From: a virus | IMG/VR virus record: IMGVR_UViG_3300014202_000270 | DNA length: 58,276 nt | Direction: 5' to 3' (one strand) | Shown here: piece by piece, positions 29,201 through 39,700 of the stretch | How the letters are laid out: each line of letters opens with the position of its first letter | Position numbering within the stretch: the first letter of the stretch is position 1 | Program-made: the position numbers and the translations under genes | The notes under the pieces: generated by a model | The model's database searches: none | What the model was told of the DNA's origin: nothing | The model's input: only the letters and a program-made list of their open reading frames with translations

Positions 29201-29638
29201 AACAAACGTAAAACATATGCTGATAAAATTGTCAACAACTTTTTAAAGAACCACGAGAAGAATGCTGCTCTAAACTATCTTGCTGAAAATTTTCAGATAT
29301 ACATTTCTCCAGAAGAGTTTACAAACTATGTGAATGCGCCTAATAACAGTAAGCCTTCCATAAATTTTATTGATACAAGACGAGGCGTAATTGTAGATAA
29401 TAAATCTCTTGAGTATCAAAACTATATAGAGGTTCTTGAGATTGTACGCCAGCTTAACAATAAAGATTCAGTTCCTGTAGAAGAACGTGGTGATGTACCA
29501 GATGTAACAGAAGAAGAAAAAGGTTTTGCTAACTCAAGTGTTAGTAGCGTTGATTCTTTAATTGATGATACATTTGCTTTTAACGCAGATGTTACTGCAA
29601 GTAGAAATAAATTATCTAGTAATCTTGAGTGTAAATGA
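26288..29638 (+). CDS. Large putative ejection protein with hydrophobic helices; single penultimate Cys
   Basis: 1116 aa; SESNLEGG and MEGFQEVFQ motifs, hydrophobic AYTVGIAMESLAETAAITAATRGLG and FLSGFLIGM; ends NLECK. Confidence 0.6.
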   Translation: MAELQEPNANFDPLAGIQRDILPKDPVLQSGYNNAIGRPNPYATTADPLASGITSTSGDPATLFQQQLQQKADAANINAARSPRLASLFQYGGKDLSGQSFERYYALGDVKNKLGFNPYRDNESVYNANTSVFDDWTRMMTKSFFPLAKRGAIDSFMAIPDLLSSSNKTLGNIDQAREYEKATEMGYSSRGGMLSSLSNIQMSFAYTVGIAMESLAETAAITAATRGLGTAPAALRSGSKIVSSVGDIYGAINNTRKALQNLSKNPMRAKTFWKAAGSDFVNFANPLRQTTEAFMDLRKSKNLTSLAKVATTGGAFFRDVKELSVALSESNLEGGFANNEVYKSLYAEELQKNNNQPLSDAKVKEIYTSAESAGQETAWLNWPIIYLSNRMTIGNAFRGFKPIKEISNAFADNVVKRKGGYFVLNAAGKGKKPSIDFIKDTVLPPLKVFTKPRAYLRSALRYGSSNFMEGFQEVFQEAVSLGAKKYYIEAFNNPTAANALAHRAAYLHGAKEQLSSQGLETFLSGFLIGMHMKPINVGIEKAPIAYNYFFDKAEYENYKLARDKYGPELAKTLTEMMQDVDVMFDSRFFNTAAQDEFAKGMDNAQLRNDEWQQKNERDAARASGILTAIQTGTLDYYLENLETLEELDVKDIADAYGVTEEKAQSMKEQVPEFKKKVQAIQSRYNYVLENFEKPAEASTEGMIKDSPEYVLAKLREKAYHHTVFNAAFHGELFDAQLERKEALYKEAMDLHSEVNKGSNSLFQMMFNPETAYNEIDLLESEIEILEASTKPQDKETLKKKKELLSMISGPVLSEDTSAEDLFDNIMAFGAFNIPENVSVINLIQMYKRYDDVFKVAWKKLKNSDAYKNADGTTKFKKIRDLKKKYEQKTQELRARIHTKSKNIFTTLATQEGGRLSNIEDEKLQKFLGKLIDYHTIESNLRSIQPFIDSFFDPAALSEQYNRNFLIMQDMYNKRKTYADKIVNNFLKNHEKNAALNYLAENFQIYISPEEFTNYVNAPNNSKPSINFIDTRRGVIVDNKSLEYQNYIEVLEIVRQLNNKDSVPVEERGDVPDVTEEEKGFANSSVSSVDSLIDDTFAFNADVTASRNKLSSNLECK

Positions 29639-32600
29639 TAACTTGTGCTTTAACCCGGGAACAGGTATTTGATCTTGCTAATGATGTGTATGCTCACATC
29701 AATGCGAATGCTGAGACATTTGACATTGATCAGTATATGACTGATTTGTTTGATATGGTTGCTTTACAAACTGGTAGTGTAAATCGCGCGGCCATGTTTG
29801 TTCAAACAGCTTTTGCTATTATCAATAAGGGTAGAAGCATTTCTACTTTTAAAACTTTGCTAGATGAAACAAAGTATAGAGAAGATGCTATTCTAGATAT
29901 GGTTAACAGGTTTACTGATCCTGTAGAAGGTTTAGAGCGCATTTTTATATACATTGGATTTAGACCTGCGGGGACATTACCAAGTACAGCAGCAACGGGG
30001 CCTGCTACCACAACGACAACTACTCCTATATCTGCAGAAGATGAAGAAGAGGAAGAAGAAAAAGAAACTAGTCTTGTACCTGGAGAAAAAATAGTAGTCT
30101 CTGATATTACATATGAGGACTTTGAGCTATTACCTAACACTTCTGAGTTTGCTCAACTGCGGGCCCTTAAACAGAGACTAGATGAGAAGTTTGCTGATCT
30201 TAGAGCTAAAGAGCCTTTATTATACAGGGATATAAATAACTTTTTAAAGACAACGATTGCTAGGACTATTATTGAACAATATAACACTGCATTAAGTACC
30301 GGCGCCGTATCACCAAGCAGAAAAAAGCCTGACAATATTAAACTCAAAACAACTGGTCAAGAAGTTACCTCTGATCAGTCTTTGTTATATGTTAGTAGTC
30401 TTTATCAGTCTTTAAAGAACAAACTTTCTGGTTTAAATAAAACAGATGCTGGCTACGCTGATTTACAAGAAGATGTAAATAACCTTGGCGCATTTCTAAA
30501 AGAACTACAATCATTTAGAAATAAAGATGTTGCTATTGTAGAACAAGAAATTGAAAGAGTATTAAATGCTATTGCGGCAAGAATGCAGGCAGTTGAAACA
30601 GGACCTGACGGTAAACCTTTAAAGTCATCTACTGCATATTTGATTAATGAAGAAGATTACGCCCGGGTAACTGTAATTGTTGAAGGTATATTACAAAGGT
30701 ATTTTAGAATTAAACCTTTTGGTGTTGTTAGCACAGTAAGTACTTATTTACTTGAGTTAAGAAAAGAAGTAGAAAGTAATAGAGCTACTGATGTAAGAAA
30801 ACATTTTGAAGAATCAATTGTAAAATATACAAGAGGTGCCTTTAGTTTAGAAAGAGCCTTAAAAGCATTTGATAAATACATAGCTTCTAAACCAGATTTT
30901 TTAGAAGTATTGGCTAATCCTACTACTCCATCAGATGTTCTTACAGAGTATTTTGATGATTTTGGATTAGCACTTTCTGAAAGGTTATATGATACATCAA
31001 GAGAAGTAGGTGACGAGTTTGATGCTGGAGTACGTGACTTTGTAGCGGATGTAGATACAAGTGTAAAAGAAACAGAACTATTATCTAAAGAAGCTGCAAA
31101 ACAACTTGAAGAACTTTTAAAACCTTTTAGAGAGGCTGTTGGTCAAATAGCATCTGAAACAGAAATCTTGTTTGATGAAGACACAAAGATTGCTGGTCAA
31201 ATGGACTTATTGTTTATAGACGAGAATCAAGAGTGGTGGATTGTAGACGTAAAAACTGGTACAGCTGGAAAGTGGAAAAAATACGGTTTAGGTACAGATA
31301 CTTATAAAAATTATATAAAAAACGCTTTACAGCAGATTATATACAAACGTATTTTACAAAAGATAACCGGTTTAGATAAAGTAAACCTTGGTATTCTACC
31401 ATTACAAGTTGATTATGATTTAGCAACAGGAAAAATAAATGGTGTAGAGCAACCTTCAAAAGTTAAGAATCAGGCGCTGTCTCCAGAGCAACCCTTTATC
31501 ACCATTAATGAGAACGAAAAGTTTGTAGTATTTGCTAGCGATTCTGTAGATGATGATACTAAAAAAGAAATGACTCTATCTCAAATGGTAGATGAAATCT
31601 TTAAAGAAAGATCAGCATTTGTTACAGAAGAAGAAACTGAGGATACAGAAGAAGAAACAGAAGAAGTTGGTGGGGCTACAGATGCTAAAGCTGATATAGA
31701 AAAAGACAAACAGGGTAATTTTGTTCCTAAAAAATATACTCTTAATGCAAGAGGAGAAAACCCTGCTCCTAATATACCAGTTTCTGCTATAGATTTACAA
31801 GCTTCTGGTTTAGAAGACGTTACAGATGTAAAACAAGTTAAACTTCTTGAAATAAGAGGTAAAAATTCAGAAGGTAAAACAGTTGGAAAAGTTTGGATTC
31901 AAAAACAAGATGGTCAATCTTATGATGCAGAAGTATTTTTTAATGATGCAGAACTAGCTGCTTTAGAAGGTGAAGGTGTCACAGGTACAGGTGTTGGGAC
32001 TGATAATAATATATCAAATGGAGATAAAATAATTAGCGTACAAGCAAAACCTGTAACTAATGAGATAAAAAATACTGATGGTGAATTATTTTTAACAAAC
32101 GATAATAATCCTGAAACTAGAATTTATATTAATATGAATCCTTTAAAGGATATACTTGTAGTTCCTAATAACACTTTGACAGTTATAGATAAAAGAACAG
32201 GTAAAGAAGTTGTAAATAAGGAACTTAATCCAGAAGGAGCTGTAATATTTGAAGCTATGCAAGGAAGACTTTTTGTTGTAGCTAATATTAATGGGCAACT
32301 TGTACCTTTTTATAAATCATCTGCTGGTACTTCTGGTAAAACAGAGGGTGATTGGTATCCATTTTTTGGGTATACTGGAACATGGTTAGTTAAAGGTGGT
32401 ATTGATAAAGCTACTGGTAAAATGTCTTATTCTCCTGAGATTGATAAAGTTACAACTCTTTTAAATGAGAACTTAGTATTTCCTGATAAATATATTGGTA
32501 GAGATACCAATACTATAAAAAACACTAAGGGAGAGGTTATCATTGATATGAACCAATTCTTTAAAATAAATAGACTTTGGCAAAAACAATTTGGTTCTCA

Positions 32601-33729
32601 AACTGGAAAAGGTACTGATTATCAAATAAAAGGGTTAAAAGAAAATACAAGAACTGAGTCTGGACTTGTTGCACTTATTACAGGATTAAATAGTACAGAC
32701 CTTGATAGTTCTAAAACACCAAAAGAACTTTCAGAATGGTTTAATCTTATAAGTAAGAATGCAGAACTAGCTGCTTCAGAAGAGGGTGCTGAAGAAACAC
32801 CCACTGAAATTGAGTTAACTGATGAGCAAGTTAAAACTCTAAATAAAATCAAAAACCAAAAAAGGGGTGAATATATAATCGCGAAAGCAGATTTTATTAG
32901 AGAACTTATAAAAGCAGGAAACACTTTATCTGGCAAACTCACATATGATAAAACGCATACGAGTTTTACACTAGACGTTACAGTAAACGGAGAAGTTATA
33001 AAGCTTGCTGTTTATATAGACACTGATAAAAAAGAACAATATCAAGACCCCGGCGATAAAGAGTTTACAATCTCTCTATTATCAGAATCTGTCATTGAAG
33101 ATTTTGGTATATCAATGGTTTATGAAGATGTTTTAAATGTTGTTGATGAAGAAACCGGGGAAAAAATAGGAAGAGTTGCTGTAACAGATACGGGTGTCTT
33201 TAGAACTAAACAAGAGGCTACGAACATACTGCGCGAAAAAATTTCAAATGCGACTACAGCAGAAGAACTTCATGCTATAAAAAATGATATAGTTAAGTTT
33301 CTTATAGACTACGGTTATGATGAAACAACAGATTCATTAACTAAGGCTTTAGATGATAAACTTGATAACTTAAAGATTAGTCCTATTGGTGAGTTTGACT
33401 TTTTTCATAAAAAAGATCAAACACCTTCTATAAATACTGCTTATAAAATCGTATCTTATAATGCAACTAAAAAAGAAATCACTGTATCTTTGGTAACAGA
33501 TCCTAGTGTTAAAGAAACAATTAGTACTTCTCAGTTTATGAATACGTTTAATCCAATTGTTGATGCAACAGAAACACCTGTAGAATTAACTCCAGAACAA
33601 ACTCTTTTGCTAGACATTACTGATGAAAACTTACAAAGAGTAATGGCTGATTCTTCATTTTTTACACAAGAGGTTACTGAAGATTCTAAAGGTCTTGAAG
33701 ACGATCTAGCTAACAACGCAAAATGTTAA
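29635..33729 (+). CDS. Large cargo protein with PD-(D/E)xK nuclease domain and inserted modules
   Basis: GDEFD..ASETEILF..IAGQMDLLFID..WIVDVKTG..ALQQIIY (approx. 31000-31400) matches the Cas4/AddB-like nuclease pattern; ATGA overlap. Confidence 0.7.
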   Translation: MITCALTREQVFDLANDVYAHINANAETFDIDQYMTDLFDMVALQTGSVNRAAMFVQTAFAIINKGRSISTFKTLLDETKYREDAILDMVNRFTDPVEGLERIFIYIGFRPAGTLPSTAATGPATTTTTTPISAEDEEEEEEKETSLVPGEKIVVSDITYEDFELLPNTSEFAQLRALKQRLDEKFADLRAKEPLLYRDINNFLKTTIARTIIEQYNTALSTGAVSPSRKKPDNIKLKTTGQEVTSDQSLLYVSSLYQSLKNKLSGLNKTDAGYADLQEDVNNLGAFLKELQSFRNKDVAIVEQEIERVLNAIAARMQAVETGPDGKPLKSSTAYLINEEDYARVTVIVEGILQRYFRIKPFGVVSTVSTYLLELRKEVESNRATDVRKHFEESIVKYTRGAFSLERALKAFDKYIASKPDFLEVLANPTTPSDVLTEYFDDFGLALSERLYDTSREVGDEFDAGVRDFVADVDTSVKETELLSKEAAKQLEELLKPFREAVGQIASETEILFDEDTKIAGQMDLLFIDENQEWWIVDVKTGTAGKWKKYGLGTDTYKNYIKNALQQIIYKRILQKITGLDKVNLGILPLQVDYDLATGKINGVEQPSKVKNQALSPEQPFITINENEKFVVFASDSVDDDTKKEMTLSQMVDEIFKERSAFVTEEETEDTEEETEEVGGATDAKADIEKDKQGNFVPKKYTLNARGENPAPNIPVSAIDLQASGLEDVTDVKQVKLLEIRGKNSEGKTVGKVWIQKQDGQSYDAEVFFNDAELAALEGEGVTGTGVGTDNNISNGDKIISVQAKPVTNEIKNTDGELFLTNDNNPETRIYINMNPLKDILVVPNNTLTVIDKRTGKEVVNKELNPEGAVIFEAMQGRLFVVANINGQLVPFYKSSAGTSGKTEGDWYPFFGYTGTWLVKGGIDKATGKMSYSPEIDKVTTLLNENLVFPDKYIGRDTNTIKNTKGEVIIDMNQFFKINRLWQKQFGSQTGKGTDYQIKGLKENTRTESGLVALITGLNSTDLDSSKTPKELSEWFNLISKNAELAASEEGAEETPTEIELTDEQVKTLNKIKNQKRGEYIIAKADFIRELIKAGNTLSGKLTYDKTHTSFTLDVTVNGEVIKLAVYIDTDKKEQYQDPGDKEFTISLLSESVIEDFGISMVYEDVLNVVDEETGEKIGRVAVTDTGVFRTKQEATNILREKISNATTAEELHAIKNDIVKFLIDYGYDETTDSLTKALDDKLDNLKISPIGEFDFFHKKDQTPSINTAYKIVSYNATKKEITVSLVTDPSVKETISTSQFMNTFNPIVDATETPVELTPEQTLLLDITDENLQRVMADSSFFTQEVTEDSKGLEDDLANNAKC
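31946..31963 (+). repeat. 18-bp exact direct repeat ATGCAGAACTAGCTGCTT (AELAA); copy 2 at 32759-32776
   Basis: Read directly; each copy closes an AT-rich inserted module. Confidence 0.85.
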
Positions 33730-33733
33730 TTCT

Positions 33734-36700
33734 ATGAACTGTGCTATTTCAGATAAACAGATTAAAACTCTTACTGCTATTCTTAAAAGTGATATTATAA
33801 AGCTTAAGAATGCAAATAGTGAATATTCTTTAATACCAAGTGTTCAAAAAGTATATAAGTTAGTTCTTAACTCAACTAATGATGAGAATACAGCATTAGC
33901 TTATGCGCGTTTAGTACCTGGTTTGATTAGAGGTATAGCTTTTCATAATCCAGACATTGAGGGTTATTTAGTACAAAAAGGATTTGACTTAAACAAACTT
34001 AGTAAAGCTGTTGAAAAATTTAAAGATATTGATCAAGTAAAAAAGTTTGTAGGTGCTCAAAGTAAAAACATAAGAAATTTATTAGAGATTGTTGACAAAC
34101 AAAGAATTGTACTTAGTCAATATGAAACTAATGAAGATACGGAACGTCGTGTTAAGGTAGCTAATACACCAGTACAGTTTACTTATAGACAGATACCAAA
34201 TAGTGATACTTTTCAGGAAGCTGCTCCAATTAGTCCAGGAGAAGTAGAACCAGCTACACAAAATTTAGAGGATACTACACCATTTAAACAACGTATTTAT
34301 AATCTTAAGCGAGCTGTTTTTAGAAGTGAATCTGATTCTGAATCTGAAGACTCAGGGGTTAATCAAATTAAGTTCCAGGGTGAAGACTTGTTCTACACCT
34401 TGATGCGTCATGATGATTTAGACAATAGTTTAGAACTTGATTTCTTTGGTAAAAATAAAGTTGAAAGGACACCTGCTGAACAAAGTGTTGTTAAAAACAG
34501 AGAAAACAATGGATTGATTTTATTAATAACAGATAAAAATGGCAACCCTTTATTCTTTGATGAGGATGGTAATATTACTAATCAAGATGATGGTAAAGTA
34601 GTATATACATATCCAAGAGAAAAAGATCAGATTGCTCCTTCAAAAGAATTTCCAGAACAACAGGCAGAGTTAATTGATAATTTAGAAGAAGCTAAAAGTC
34701 AGGTGCGTAATGGTGCAAAAATTATTTTCCCAATTACTGGTATACTGGCACCAAATATTAACATTGCTGGGTCTAGACGTATAAAAGATATTAGACTAGA
34801 TGCAAATGGTTTAGAGATACAGCTGGATGAGGTTCCGCTAGAAGAACGCGGTGAAAAGATTCAGTTTACAGAGTTTGCAGACAAAAATGCTATATGGGAA
34901 CAATTTCTTACACTTAAGGGTTTAGTAGCTAATAGTAATCAAGCATTAGAGGTTAACAAACCCCTTTTTAGAGATCTTACTGATTTACGAGATGCTGTAA
35001 TCTTTCTTTTATCAGAAAAAGAAATTACTGTAGGCGGTGTACCTATTGATTTTCAAACTAGATTTGAATATCTCAAAACCTTTTTTCAAGAAGTTAAGGG
35101 TAAAGGTCTATTAAAAATTCCAAATACTAAGACAAACGATCTAATATTTGATAAAAATTCTGGAACAGTTACCACCATCATAGTAAAACAAGATGGGATT
35201 AAAGAAACTCAAGTATATAATATTAATGATGCTGAAAATCTTAAAGAAGTATTAGAAGCGTTTTTTAATGATAGAAATTCACAGTATTTATCTGTTAATA
35301 TTAATCGTAATAACTGGACATCAGGAACATTCTATGATATTTCTGTTAGAAACAACACTTTAAACGTAGTAGAAAACGGAAACTATTATGAATGGGTATA
35401 CAACAATGTTAGTGTAAAAGCTACAGGTTTAAACGCAAATGGTCAATTTAGAGCACAAAACCCTGCGTTTGTTTTTGCTTTATCTAGAGACTTTAAATAT
35501 GTTACGGCTCAAGAAGAACTTCCTGTTGAAACAGATGAGGTGCCAGAAACTACACCAGAAGAAGACGACGCAAAAAATATAAACCCAGAAGGGTCTATAG
35601 ATACAGATAATTTTGATTTTGATGAGCTCTTTAGGCAAACTGATTTAGAGAATAAAGTTACCCAAGAAGAGATAGATGCTGCTGAAAAGTGGTGGGCCCA
35701 AAGTCCTTTGTCTAAACATATTCCTCTAAACAGATTATTAGCTATTGTTAATAGTAATGCGTGGGCTACTTTTAGTAAATCCGGCATTACCCTTTATAAA
35801 GGATCAAGTGCTGTAGACATATACCACGAAGCTTGGCATGGATTTACACAGTTGTATTTAACTGTAGCAGAAAAAACCAGGTTATATAATGAGGTTCGTA
35901 AAAAACCGGGCACCTTTAAAACTGTTTCTGGAGAAGTTGTTAAGTTTAGTAATGCTTCTTTCTTTCAAATAGAGGAATACTTGGCCGAGCAATTTAGAGA
36001 TTATGCTCGCCAACAAACTTCAGAAAAAGGCTCTCCTGTAAAAAATACTTTGTTTAGGAGAATCTGGAATTTTCTTAAGTCTTTGTTTGGTGGTGTAACC
36101 AACAAAACTGCTTATGTAGATGCGATGAGTGTACCCGCGGTGGCGGAAGCATTTAACAAACTATACTTTGGTCAAGTATTAAATCTACAACCGAATATCA
36201 ACAACTCAATGTTTGATGTTCTTAACAGTGCTAAGAGTGTTGTAGATCAAACACCATTAAACTTAAATGATGAGGATTTAAATCTTATACGGGAGTCTAT
36301 TGATGGTATGGTAATAGATACTATACTTAAGAAATCAGGTATTGAACAACAATCTAAAGCGCTGCTATTCTTATACACACAAAATGGTAGGAGAATACTA
36401 TTTACTGATATAAGATTTGCTTTTAACGATAAGCTTCGAGAGATAAATGAGCAGTTAGAGGAAGATCCAGACAACTATAATCTTAATAACCAAAAAAGAA
36501 TTTTACAAATAGTTGTTGATAATTTTGGAGACATTGATGCTTATGCTCAAAATAAAGAAACAACCGGTATACTAGAGTTCTATTCTAGATCTTCTAATAG
36601 CTCTATATCAAACTTAGTTTCTGTAAATGATGAGGATATAGAGGCTGAAACAAACCCGGATGTTACTGCTGACAAAGAGTTGCAAGTACAAATTGGAGAT

Positions 36701-39700
36701 AAGAAGATAAATAATCGTTTAATTAAAGATTATTTACCAAGGGAGTTATTAATCATTCTTAGCTTAATTCCTGATGTGAGCATTACAGAGGGGCGAGATG
36801 CAGACTTGATTGCTGGAAATAAAAAGTTTGTTTACAAGCGTAATAGTTTAGGTTTTCCAAAGGTTAAAAATCTAGGTCATACAATTAATGCAATAACTAA
36901 GACTTTGATCAATGAGTCTTCTTATGATAACATGCTTTATAAACTAGGTGAGGCTGTTGATGCTTTTCCAGTATTAGGTGTTTTAAAAGCAATGTTGCCA
37001 AACCAAGACTCTTTTGCTCAGACATCAAAAACTGTACAGAAACAAACCCTTCTTGACATATTAATTGGTTTCGGGAAAGCTTTTGATAAAGCTAAAATGG
37101 AAGCTTTTATAAACAGACAATCGCCACAACAAGCAGATGCGGAAGAAGGTGAAACAATAAGAGGTAACCTTTTTACTATTGGTAGAGCAACAAACAGTCT
37201 TAATAATGTTTTCAATAATTGGTCATCCAATTTTAAGTATAAAACTCCTATTAATAGAGATGGTAGTATTCTTTTAGATATTGCTAAACTTCCAAAAATT
37301 ACTAATGATAACGTATCATATGATAAGGTTTTTCAGTTTCTAGAGGTATTAGGTGTTGATTTAACAGATACAACTAAAAGAGTTATCAGCTCTGGAAAAA
37401 TTCCGCTTACTGCTTTGAAAGAAGCGGTTCTCTCAATGAAAAATGATATTGAAACTCATAAAAACAATCAAGATTTTTTAGCTAATCCTCTTTCATTCTT
37501 TACTGTAAAAGTCAAAAGGTTTACTTCACAAAGAACACTTCTGGGTAAAATTGCAGATGTTGAAATGCTTTATAGCCCTTTATATAATAACAGCATCGTC
37601 TTAAATGCAAATGGGGATATCGTGACAGATGTTTCTATGCATAATTCTATGACCAGGAAAACCGCGGCGTTAAACAGTAGTTCAAACCTTACTCAGGCTG
37701 TTGGTTTTAATACAGCGTTCAATGAAGAGCTAAACCCTTTCTTTAAACACAGTATTATAAGATCAAAACTGTTTGATAAAAACGATAGAAGAACTAGGAA
37801 CTTTAGTCTTTTTATAGGTTACCATTTAGGATACCAGAAATTAGATGAATATGGTAATATAGTTACTGGTTTAGCGGCCTCAGATTTAACTGCAAACCAG
37901 AAGTTTATAAATGACTTTTACTCATTTATGCTAGAGGGTATTATGCCTACTCTTGTGCATGAAAGTAAATCTAGTGTGTACGTTAATTACATACAGGATC
38001 AAAATGGTTCCGCAAGTTTATATGTTGATGCTAATAACTTTGTAGATAGTATTTTACCTTTTCAGGCTAACATTATTATAAACAACTATATAAGAGCTGA
38101 ATATGAAAGGATCGTTTTATTTAATACAAATGATCTTTACAAGAAAAACCAAGCTTTAAACAAAGATGTAATAGTTATTGATTCTGAGGGTAACAAGGTT
38201 ACTAGAAAAGCCGGCGAAGTATTTACGGCATTTGATGATATTTTATCAGCAGAAACTAAAGAAAATCTTTATAGAGATATTGCCGCAGGTATTTCTTCTA
38301 GCGAGAGTGTTGCTGCTAATTCGGCAGCAATTGCTAATGATTTAAAAAGTTATTTTGAAAAGAATGAGGCGTTAAATAGAAAAAGATTTAATGAGTCATC
38401 TAGTGAAATTGGCATTGACCAAAACATTGTAGATAGAGTTTTTAATACTCAAAACAATGAAAGATTAAATCCTCAAGAGAAAAACAATGTATTGTTAAGA
38501 GCTTATACTGTTAACTACTTTATACACCGGTTTGAAATGAATAATTTCTACTACGGTGACATGGCTCAATATGATCATACAAAGGAAGCTGGTACCAAAT
38601 ATGATGCGGGTGCTGCTTCTGGTGGGCCTGGATTTATAACAGATCAGTGGATATTAGATGAAATAAACAAAAATTACCCCAAAACATACAGTGAGTCTGT
38701 TATGCGAGAACTTCGCCCAGACAATGCTGTAAAAGCTACAACAGAAATTCTTAGCACATCAATCATTAAAGAAGATACAGGTGTTAGATCTGTTAGTCTT
38801 GATGACATGATTAATAAGGTTACGGAGCTAAGACATCAACGAGAGAAAGGAAACAAAAGGCAAATTAAAGCTGAAGTTACAGCAGCTTTTGATAAAGCTT
38901 ATGGTGCCGGTATGAAGATTGGTGATGGTCACGGTTATATCAATTTAGATACATACCGTCACTTAAAAATTGCACAGGATAACTGGTTACCTCAACAAGA
39001 AGCGCTGTACCAAAAGATTGTAAATGGAGAAACACTTGATGAAAACGACGCGAAGTTTTTCTTCCCTACATACAAGCTTCAAATGTATGGTGATCTACAA
39101 ACAGAAGCTCCTATTACAGCGCTTCATAAGTTTAGTCTTTCACCTTTAATACCTAATGTAATTGAAGATTCTTTGTTGAATGATATTCATAAACTTATGA
39201 TTATCAACAACATTGATTACATTACATACCCTAGTGGTTCAAAGATATCCAATGTTGAAAACCCTGTAGATTTATATGAGGGTAATGATCGCAACAAGAT
39301 TAACATGGATGTTGAGTTTGTTGTCAATCCTGTTAATATTTCTTACTTAAAAGAGGTTACAAGTAATACTAATCTTTGGAAAGCAGGTCAAACATTTGCT
39401 ACGCAGATGCGCAAGTTAATTGTTGAGAACTTGTTTTTAGACGGCAAAATTATGCCTGGCAAGGAGGTTCTAATAGAAAAGTATTTAGAAAGAATTAAAG
39501 CTGTTACAGAAAGCTTAGAGAATGATCTTTTAGATGAAATTGGTTGGGTAAAGAATCCTGATGGTACATATTCAGGATCAAAAGAAAAGCTTGCAGCGTT
39601 TTTACAGAAGCAATTAGAGAAGAAGAACATACCATCGTATATAGTAGATCTTTTATCTGTTACTGAAGGAGGCGAGTTCATAAATGATTTATCTGCGCTA

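Noticed and set aside
29630-33742. Frameshift or pseudogene split of one giant ORF at 29635 and 33729
   Set aside because: Clean ATGA coupling or a 4-nt gap, and matched terminal Cys motifs at each end, argue for genuine separate genes; no slippery site noted
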